DNA of 10,323 nt, taken from assembly GCA_013359215.1 (NCBI GenBank), contig JABWCH010000189.1:1-10323 (forward strand), written 5' to 3'. Below, piece after piece: positions 1-6,391 of this stretch. Source of the stretch: Candidatus Brocadiia bacterium. Its GTDB lineage: Bacteria > Planctomycetota > Uabimicrobiia > Uabimicrobiales > JABWCH01. Below the pieces are notes generated by a model. It searched no databases, was not told the origin of the DNA, and was given only the letters and a program-made list of their open reading frames with translations. The number at the start of each line of letters is the position of its first letter. The stretch's first letter is position 1. Position numbers and translations under genes: made by a program.

Positions 1-71
1 ACAAGGTTTATGTTAATTTTTAGCATAACCTATTGGAAAATAAAAATATAAAAGTTTTTAAAGGGGGTTTG

Positions 72-99
72 GGGGAAAATTTTTACAAAAATTTTCCCC
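72..99. repeat. Perfect inverted repeat with 12-13 bp arms (GGGGAAAATTTT / AAAATTTTCCCC, loop ~ACA), immediately preceded by GGGGG-TTT-GGGGG. Possible hairpin or terminator of an upstream unit, or a palindromic protein-binding site.
   Basis: Read directly: positions 72-84 are the reverse complement of 87-99. It lies in the 264-bp non-coding stretch upstream of the CheW-like gene. No clean U-tract follows on either strand (+ gives AAAUAAAAAUC; - gives AAACCCCCUUUAAAAACUUUU), so a terminator role is uncertain. Confidence 0.4.
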
Positions 100-264
100 A
101 AATAAAAATCTCTTTGCGTAACTCCTATAAATAAGTGTTAAGCTATAAGTAGTTGAGCTTTGTATTGTATCCGCCTTGTAGAACCAGCCTGCTGCTTGAA
201 GTTTCATAAGAGTTGACAGCGTTACGGGCAAAGCCCCTGGTATTCTTCAAAATGAGAAAAAGTT

Positions 265-777
265 ATGACAAACCCTATCAGCCTTCTTACCTTTAGAATT
301 TCCCAACAAAGACTAGCACTCCCTATTGATAAAGTCCGAGAAGTCATACGGAATGTGCCTGTTATGCCAGCACCTGCCTGGACAGGGCTTTTGCATGGGA
401 TCATCCACATTCGGGGGATGGTAATTCCTGTTATGGATTTGCGTCTGGTTTTAGGAAGTGAGCCTTCCATAGATACCAGCAAAACAAGGATCGTCATTGT
501 AGAGATGCTAGAAAGATCTGCTGGTTTTATCGTAGATGAAGTAGACGATATTATACCCCTAAAACAAGAACAGCTCATTCCCCTCTCTTCTCTTTCCTGG
601 GAGAAAAAAACGGCTGTGCTTGTGGGTATAGCCCAGATAGAAGAACAAATATATCTTGTCCTGGATATGGACTATCTGATTCGAGAAGAAGAACGAAAAG
701 TATTTCAAGAACTTTGTTTAAAATTACAACAAAATCCTATGGAAATAACAAAAAAAGTAGAAAAGGAAAAACTATGA
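265..777 (+). CDS. CheW-like domain protein (170 aa, single-domain chemotaxis coupling/scaffold protein family)
   Basis: The translation aligns along its length with canonical CheW. Compare [21 protein letters not shown]...[20 protein letters not shown] with E. coli CheW [21 protein letters not shown]...[51 protein letters not shown] with [32 protein letters not shown]; and the C-terminal [11 protein letters not shown] with MLILVNIEKLL. It starts at ATG 265 with a weak SD-like GAGAAA 6-12 nt upstream. The stop TGA at 775-777 overlaps the next gene's ATG. Confidence 0.8.
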   Translation: [170 protein letters not shown]

Positions 778-2432
778 CAGATGAAATCAAAAAAAAGGCA
801 GCTCGTATGGTCTTCCAGGAGCAATTAATGCAAAACGCCATAGGGCAGGGTGTATCCCATGAAATTAAGCCTGGCGTACAGCAAAAGCCTTCTGAAAAGC
901 TTGCCATGAATATCCCAGAGCAGAAGACATCAGAAGAACTACAGCAAGAAAAGGCAGGGATGAAAATCCGCGAAACTGGCTGGTTGCTCTGGCGAACAGT
1001 AGTCGTTCCTCCCAACGCTTATGTCGTACACACAAGAAGAGGACAGAATAAACCCGTTACTCTGGGGTTAGGGCAGAGCTTCCGCTATTACCCCCGCATC
1101 GACAGCTACCTTGTTGTTCCTGCTGCACTACAAACCATAGGAATCGTTGCTCAGGGAGTAAGCAAAGAAAAGCAAGGAATCAGCATCCTTGCTTATGTCC
1201 AGTGGCTTATCAGCAACTTTGCTATTGCTTACCAGCGTCTTGATTTTTCTGATCCAAAAGATCCCATGGGAATTGTCAATGCTCAACTCAGAGAGCAAGC
1301 AGAAGCTGCGATCAAAGATAAGATTTCTACCATGAGCGTAGAAGAAATTCTTACAGACAAAGCCCCTATCATTGAAGAATTGACACAAAGAATGAAGGCT
1401 GTAGCCGAAGGCTCAATACAAGGAGATCGACTGAGTGGAATGGGGGGATTGGGGCTTCATATCGTTACAGTTCAGATCAAAGAAGCATACGTCTGCTCTC
1501 AGCATCTTTGGGAATTTCTCCAGACGCCTTTCCGAAATGAAAAGGAAAGAGAAGCACGCCTAAGCCGATTGCGGGTAGAAGAAGAAATAAAACAGCAAGA
1601 ACTGACAAATCTCAAAAGAATCGAGTCAGGGCAGGCGCAGACAGAGGCAGATATAGCCAAATTTAAGGCAGAAAAAGAAAGCGAGTCTTTTGAGGTTGTG
1701 GTAAAAGAAAGGCTCAAAAGACAAGAAAAAGAAAGCGAAGAGAAGCAAAAGATGGTTGCTCTTTATGAGCAAACAGAATTGCAAGGAAGGCTTTCCCAGA
1801 AGAAGCTACAGGAAAATGAACTCCAGACAAAGCAAGAATTGGAAATTTTAAAAATACGCCAGGCACAAGAGTTCGAGCTAGAGAAATCTAAGCTGGAAGC
1901 ACAACGATATACAGAAGAAAAGCAAATCAGCGTGGAAAGCAAAATCCAGGCATCTTTATGGGATGCAAAGCTGGAAGAAGAAGATCTAAAAAATAAGCTG
2001 GTATGCTTAGAAAATCAAAAAACTTTGCAAGCCAGGCAGCATGAAGTGGAGCAAGAAAAGAAGAAAAATGATCTTGCCTTAGAAAAACTGGAATTAGAGC
2101 ATAAGATTGCTGCTGAAGACAAAGAATTCCAGGCAGCCCAGCTTCACGAAGAACAAACCAATCGGCTGAAGAATGCCAATAAAGAAGAAGAAATCAAGCA
2201 GCAAAAGCTCTTGCAGGAAATTGCCAATGGCCTTTCTTCTGAATACCTTGTAACAAAAATGATCGAAACACTCCCAGATCTCGCCAAGGCATTGCCCGAA
2301 ATCAAAGAACTCAAAACTTTGCAAATCTCTTCAGAAGGAAAAGAAAGCAATCTGCTCTTTGGGTCTATCTCGAAAATTTTGGCAATAGCGAACGCCTTGG
2401 GAGTCAAAGTTCCTGGCTACCAAGAGCCATGA
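774..2432 (+). CDS. Flotillin-family protein with an SPFH/band-7 domain and a long flotillin-type coiled coil (FloT/YqiK-like, 552 aa). It lacks the N-terminal membrane hairpin and carries a ~75-aa hydrophilic N-terminal extension.
   Basis: The six-frame ORF opens at TTG 714, but the first in-frame ATG is at 774 (MTDEIKKK). It is preceded by AAGGA at 763-767 with a 6-nt spacer and forms an ATGA overlap with the upstream stop, so I call 774. MSVEEILTDKAPIIEELTQRMKAVAEGSIQGDRLSGMGGLGLHIVTVQIKEA matches B. subtilis FloT [40 protein letters not shown]. The ~200-aa E/K/Q/A-rich heptad region and the C-terminal MIETLPDLAKALPEIKELKTLQISSEG match FloT MIVKMLPEYAKQAAAPLSNIDKITVVDTGG. Where FloT has a transmembrane segment before its TKYRTAGPDEALIVT, this protein has hydrophilic sequence before WRTVVVPPNAYVV. 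Confidence 0.8.
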   Translation: MTDEIKKKAARMVFQEQLMQNAIGQGVSHEIKPGVQQKPSEKLAMNIPEQKTSEELQQEKAGMKIRETGWLLWRTVVVPPNAYVVHTRRGQNKPVTLGLGQSFRYYPRIDSYLVVPAALQTIGIVAQGVSKEKQGISILAYVQWLISNFAIAYQRLDFSDPKDPMGIVNAQLREQAEAAIKDKISTMSVEEILTDKAPIIEELTQRMKAVAEGSIQGDRLSGMGGLGLHIVTVQIKEAYVCSQHLWEFLQTPFRNEKEREARLSRLRVEEEIKQQELTNLKRIESGQAQTEADIAKFKAEKESESFEVVVKERLKRQEKESEEKQKMVALYEQTELQGRLSQKKLQENELQTKQELEILKIRQAQEFELEKSKLEAQRYTEEKQISVESKIQASLWDAKLEEEDLKNKLVCLENQKTLQARQHEVEQEKKKNDLALEKLELEHKIAAEDKEFQAAQLHEEQTNRLKNANKEEEIKQQKLLQEIANGLSSEYLVTKMIETLPDLAKALPEIKELKTLQISSEGKESNLLFGSISKILAIANALGVKVPGYQEP

Positions 2433-3179
2433 TTATTTTTTTTCCAGGCAGATAAAGCTTTCGAGTATTGTTTTGGCTAAATGATGGAATTTTTCTTTGA
2501 ACAAGGGCTTGTTGAAGCCTCTTTTCCACTGGAATGTAAAAAGCTCATCGGAAATCACAACAATCGCAGCTAAAGCAACTCCATGAAATCGGGCAACGGT
2601 ATATAGCGCACTGATTTCCATTTCAACTGCATATATATTAGATTCCTGGTATTTTTTTACTTTCCACACCAGCTCTCTATAAGGCGCATCCGTAGTCCAA
2701 ACCATACCTTCCTGGAAAGAGATACCTTTTTTTTGAAGAATATCGGCTAGTGCAGATATGGCTTTTGTGTCTGGCATAGGCTGTTTCTGATCTGGAAAAT
2801 AGTGCGATGAAGTGCCTTCTTCCGAAAGACTCCCTGTTGCTAAAAGATAGTCCCCAATCAAAAGCCCTGGCTGCAAAGAGCCTGCACAACCTAGCGCAAT
2901 AATATTCTTTGCACCAGAAGCAATCATCTGCTCCAAGAAAAGGGCAGCCGCAGGAGAGCCTGTGGCTGGCCCAACACAAGAAAAGTTTGTATTCTCCAGG
3001 ATTTTGCCTAAAGAAAATTTTTTTTCTTGGTGTCCAGGAAGAAGTTTCCTTAAGATTTCCCAGGATTCGTTTCCCAAAGCCAGAATTGCATTCTGAGGGA
3101 TTTTTTTTTGAGGAACAAAGGGAAACACAATCGATCTTTGTTCCTCAGAGGAATGGCTATCCATTCCAGATTTTTTCAT
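2433..3179 (-). CDS. Nucleoside phosphorylase family-1 enzyme (PNP/UDP fold), MTA/SAH-nucleosidase-like, possibly futalosine-hydrolase-like; 248 aa
   Basis: Motifs match E. coli MtnN: GCAGSL (MtnN GSAGGL), IGDYLLATG (VGDIVVSDE), AVEMEISALYTVA (AVEMEATAIAHVC), VVISDEL (VVRAISDV). The start is either ATG 3179 or ATG 3164 (MDSHSS), and neither has a good SD. Its first 8-23 nt overlap the 3' end of glgP, consistent with co-transcription. Its stop TAA at 2433-2435 abuts the flotillin stop at 2430-2432. Confidence 0.75.
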   Translation of the reverse strand: MKKSGMDSHSSEEQRSIVFPFVPQKKIPQNAILALGNESWEILRKLLPGHQEKKFSLGKILENTNFSCVGPATGSPAAALFLEQMIASGAKNIIALGCAGSLQPGLLIGDYLLATGSLSEEGTSSHYFPDQKQPMPDTKAISALADILQKKGISFQEGMVWTTDAPYRELVWKVKKYQESNIYAVEMEISALYTVARFHGVALAAIVVISDELFTFQWKRGFNKPLFKEKFHHLAKTILESFICLEKK

Positions 3180-5613
3180 TATAATTTTTTATAGAAACAT
3201 CTGCGCTGAATTTGCCCATTCGGGATATATTGACAATTGCCTTTCTGTTCCATTCGTCCTGGTTGCGGTAGAGCTGGTCTACCTTTTCTTTGCATTCTAC
3301 ATAGGAAGCAAAATCTTCCAAAATATAGTATGGATCTCCCTCCTCAAACAACGAATGTAAAAGATCTTTAAACAGATCAGAGGAATCTTTGCAAAGCTCT
3401 CCATTTTTAATAAAATCAATGGTTTTCTTTAGAAGGGGATTTTTTTCATAGATTTCCCAGGAATTATAATTTTGGATCTTTTTTAGATGATTTATCTTTT
3501 TTAAATCCATTCCAAAAACAAAAACATTCTCTATAGAAAGCTCCCGAACCATCTCTATGCTTGCCCCATCCATAGTGCAAACCGTATGTGCGCCATTTAA
3601 GGCAAACTTAAAGAGGCTTGTGCCTGATGCTTCTGTTCCTGCTGTAGAAAGCTGTTCGCTTACATCAGCAGCAGGTATTATTTTTTCTGCCAGGCTGACT
3701 TTATAATTGGGCAGAAAGATTACCTGTATTTTTTTGCTGGCAACAGGGTCTTTTTTTATTTTTTCTGCCACAATATGAATCATTTTAATCAAGAGCTTGC
3801 CTCTCTGGTAATCGGGGCTGGATTTGCCTGCAAAGATAAAAGCGTATGGTAAACGCGCTAAATCAGGATTTTCCTGAATCCTGATATATAAAGAGATTAT
3901 ATGCAGCAGATTGAGTAGCTGCCTTTTGTACTCATGTATCCGCTTTGCCTGCACATCGAAAACCCAACTGGTATCCAGGGTAGTATGCAGCTCTGAAAAA
4001 ATAAAGTTAGCAAGCCTTTTCTTATTAGACAGCTTAATTTGTTGAAAAAGATCTCGGAATCCTTCATCCTGAGAATGAACTTCCAGTTCTCTGAGCTGTT
4101 CCATATCGGTAAGCCATCTATCCCCAATTCTACTTATGATGAGTTCGCTTAGTTCTGGGTTTGCTACCATCAGCCATCTTCTTTGTGTAATACCATTTGT
4201 GATGTTGATGAATTTTCCAGGCTGAAGTTTACAAAAATCAGGTAATGCCGTTTTTGTCAAGAGTTCTGTATGCAGCGATGATACGCCATTTATTTTGTGA
4301 GAGCCTACTGTAGCAAGGTGTGCCATACGGATTTGCTTTTCTTGCCCTTCTTCTACAAGGCTCATGCGACGTAAACGATCTGTTTCTCCAGGGAATGCAA
4401 TATTTACATGATCTAAAAAACGCCTGTTGATTTCATAGATGATTTGTAGATGCCGAGGCAAAAATCTTTGGAAAAAATAGACTGGCCATTTTTCCAATGC
4501 TTCTGGCATAAGAGTATGGTTTGTGTATGAAAAGGCTTTTTCTGTTATAGACCAGGCCATTTCCCAAGGGAGTTTTTTTTCATCTACTAATAGCCTCATA
4601 AGTTCTGGTATTGCCAGAGAAGGATGGGTGTCGTTAAGCTGGATGGCGACTTTTTCATGGAATTGACTATAGTCTTTTCCATTTTCGCTTTCAAACCTCT
4701 TGATAATATCCTGGATGGAGCAGGCAGCGAAAAAATATTGCTGCTTGAATCTTAGCTCTTGCCCTGCAAGGTATTTTTCTCTTGGATAGAAAACGTATGT
4801 TAGCTTTTCTGCTTCAATTTGATGGATAATGCTTTCTGTGTAATTAGACTGCTGCAAATCAGAACGGTCTAAAAATTTAATAGATTTGGATTCCCATAAA
4901 AAAAGGCTGTTGACTGTTTTAGAGTTATATCCTGTAATGAAAATAACATAAGGCAATCCTAAAACTTCATAGCTTGGCTGCCAGATAAATTCTGTACGGC
5001 CCCCTATGTTTTGTACTGCGACTTTGCCTCCAAATTTTACAGCAAAGGCATGGTCGTGCTGTGGAATACACCAAATGCTTTGGTCTTTAATCCAATCTTC
5101 AGGACGAGCTACCTGGTTACCATCTACGATGGTCTGGGCAAAAGTTCCATAATGATATCGAAGCCCATATCCCATGCATGGTATTTTCTGGGTGGCTATA
5201 GAATCTAAAAAGCATGAAGCTAAACGGCCAAGCCCTGCGTTTCCCAGGCCAGGCTCATCTTCAGCAGCACAAATTTTTTCCCAATTCAAAGGACTTCCTT
5301 TGTGGCTTGTTAGCGATTTTTGTATGCTTTTTTGAATCCCAAGATTGATCATATTGTTTACTAAAAGCCGCCCAGGTAAGTATTCTGCGGATAAATAGTA
5401 TAGCCTCTTGACTTTATTTTCTTTATGTTTGTATTGTGTTTTTACCCACATAGGTATGATCTGGTCTTGGAGCAACATCATCAATGCCCTGCAATAATGC
5501 CTTTCCTGAGCATTGGATTTATCCCAAAAGGCGTATTGGAGATGGTCAGAAAATTGTTTCTGGATATCGTCCATACTTAATTTTTTTTCAGAATCAAGAT
5601 AATAATCTTTCAT
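3157..5613 (-). CDS. glgP: Glycogen/maltodextrin phosphorylase (GT35 family, alpha-glucan phosphorylase, PLP-dependent); 818 aa
   Basis: Hallmark matches to E. coli GlgP: YYLSAEYLPGRLL (YYLSMEFLIGRTL), EPGLGNAGLGRLASCFLDSIAT ([22 protein letters not shown]), and the PLP-lysine region EASGTSLFKFALNGA (EASGTSNMKFALNGA). The ORF track opens at 5712 (MNYHKF..., no SD, overlapping the ABC gene). I place the start at the internal ATG 5613 (MKDYYLDSEKK) because a strong SD, AGGAG at 5624-5628, sits 10 nt upstream. That start also gives the ~72 residues before YYLS expected for GlgP. Confidence 0.9.
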   Translation of the reverse strand: MKDYYLDSEKKLSMDDIQKQFSDHLQYAFWDKSNAQERHYCRALMMLLQDQIIPMWVKTQYKHKENKVKRLYYLSAEYLPGRLLVNNMINLGIQKSIQKSLTSHKGSPLNWEKICAAEDEPGLGNAGLGRLASCFLDSIATQKIPCMGYGLRYHYGTFAQTIVDGNQVARPEDWIKDQSIWCIPQHDHAFAVKFGGKVAVQNIGGRTEFIWQPSYEVLGLPYVIFITGYNSKTVNSLFLWESKSIKFLDRSDLQQSNYTESIIHQIEAEKLTYVFYPREKYLAGQELRFKQQYFFAACSIQDIIKRFESENGKDYSQFHEKVAIQLNDTHPSLAIPELMRLLVDEKKLPWEMAWSITEKAFSYTNHTLMPEALEKWPVYFFQRFLPRHLQIIYEINRRFLDHVNIAFPGETDRLRRMSLVEEGQEKQIRMAHLATVGSHKINGVSSLHTELLTKTALPDFCKLQPGKFINITNGITQRRWLMVANPELSELIISRIGDRWLTDMEQLRELEVHSQDEGFRDLFQQIKLSNKKRLANFIFSELHTTLDTSWVFDVQAKRIHEYKRQLLNLLHIISLYIRIQENPDLARLPYAFIFAGKSSPDYQRGKLLIKMIHIVAEKIKKDPVASKKIQVIFLPNYKVSLAEKIIPAADVSEQLSTAGTEASGTSLFKFALNGAHTVCTMDGASIEMVRELSIENVFVFGMDLKKINHLKKIQNYNSWEIYEKNPLLKKTIDFIKNGELCKDSSDLFKDLLHSLFEEGDPYYILEDFASYVECKEKVDQLYRNQDEWNRKAIVNISRMGKFSADVSIKNYNEKIWNG

Positions 5614-5623
5614 TATGATTTCA

Positions 5624-5628
5624 CTCCT
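5624..5628 (-). promoter_or_regulatory. Shine-Dalgarno (AGGAG) for glgP
   Basis: The minus-strand sequence reads CCTATAGGAGTGAAATCATA-ATG, giving AGGAG with a 10-nt spacer to ATG 5613. It sits in an 85-bp gap after the ABC ATPase stop. Confidence 0.5.
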
Positions 5629-5698
5629 ATAGGGAAAAATACCGAGTGGAAATTTTTGGTTGGAATTATGGATTAGACAAGCTTCGGTTGTCCAAAAT

Positions 5699-6391
5699 TT
5701 ATGATAGTTCATATTCAGACAACAAAGCTGGATTGTCTAAAAGATCTTGAATTTTTTCAAAAATGAAAAGATGATGGTTGTGCAACACAAAAGCTCTTGT
5801 ACAAAGAGATGTTATGTACTCATATTCATGAGTAGCGATAATCTGTGTGCATTCTAATTTTGAAATGTAGCTATTTAATTCCTTTTTAGACCTTACATCC
5901 AGGCTGGAAAATGGCTCATCTAAAACCAATATGCCTGGATTTAGGCTAAAGGCTGTAGCAAGCAATAGCTTCTTTTTTTCTCCTGTGCTTAGGCAATAAG
6001 GGTTTTGATGGATATATCCTAAAAGGCCAAAAAAAGACAGGGATTCTTCTATGATTTTTTCTATTTCTTTTTGTTCTTTTCCTTGCTGCAAAAGACCTAA
6101 AGCTATTTCAGAATATACTGTGTTCATAAGAATTTGTTCATCAGGATAGCTAAAAATAGTATACATATCCGTTGGATAGTTCTTCTTCATTTCTTCAAAA
6201 TAAAATTGAATGCTTCCTTTGTATGGTGTAATGAGCTGGTTTAGGGCTTTTATCAAAGTGGATTTTCCGCTGCCATTTTTCCCTAAAAGTGCGATTCTAT
6301 CTTTTGCTTCAATGATAAACGAAATATTTTCTAAAATAGCCTCAGATTCATATCTATAGCTTGCATTTTTAGCGCAGATAAGGCAATTCAT
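5699..6391 (-). CDS. ABC-type ATPase nucleotide-binding domain, EcfA/CbiO-like (230 aa), with no membrane or permease component adjacent
   Basis: Walker A LLGKNGSGKST, signature-like LSTGEKKKL, Walker B ILVLDEPFSSLD and H-loop IIATHEY are all present. FSYPDEQIL resembles the EcfA Q-loop block FQNPDNQ but has Ser in place of the conserved Gln. ATG 6391-6389 overlaps the upstream gene's TGA at 6390-6388 in an ATGA arrangement. Confidence 0.85.
   Translation of the reverse strand: MNCLICAKNASYRYESEAILENISFIIEAKDRIALLGKNGSGKSTLIKALNQLITPYKGSIQFYFEEMKKNYPTDMYTIFSYPDEQILMNTVYSEIALGLLQQGKEQKEIEKIIEESLSFFGLLGYIHQNPYCLSTGEKKKLLLATAFSLNPGILVLDEPFSSLDVRSKKELNSYISKLECTQIIATHEYEYITSLCTRAFVLHNHHLFIFEKIQDLLDNPALLSEYELS

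Noticed and set aside
213-246. TTGACA ... TGgTATTCT as a sigma70 promoter for the CheW-flotillin operon
   Set aside because: The -35 to -10 spacer is 22 bp, which is too long. Only the extended -10 is plausible, so I did not list it as a feature.
222-578. 118-aa ORF on the minus strand
   Set aside because: It is entirely antisense to the well-supported CheW-like CDS and has low-complexity S/T/I-rich composition with no start context. I take it as a spurious antisense ORF.
714-773. Upstream TTG start extending the flotillin ORF by 20 aa
   Set aside because: The TTG has no SD and would overlap cheW by 64 nt. ATG 774 has AAGGA at -6 and an ATGA stop-start overlap.
737-2407. Minus-strand ORFs (737-1015, 1128-1388, 1499-1717, 2094-2324, 2144-2407) inside the flotillin gene
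   Set aside because: All are antisense to a CDS with strong homology. They are products of the repetitive GAA/AAG-rich coiled-coil coding sequence.
2677-3184. ORFs 2677-2979 (-) and 2909-3184 (+)
   Set aside because: They are alternative-frame or antisense overlaps of the nucleoside phosphorylase-family CDS with no independent support.
5672-5691. GACAAGCTTCGGTTGTC hairpin containing a C(UUCG)G tetraloop, between the ABC gene and glgP
   Set aside because: The stem is only 5 bp and no U-tract follows on the transcribed (minus) strand, so it is unlikely to be a terminator. It is possibly an mRNA-stabilising element but is unsupported.
5614-5712. Longer glgP ORF starting at ATG 5712
   Set aside because: It has no SD and would overlap the ABC gene by 14 nt. 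The internal ATG 5613 has a strong AGGAG SD and gives a GlgP-like N-terminal length.
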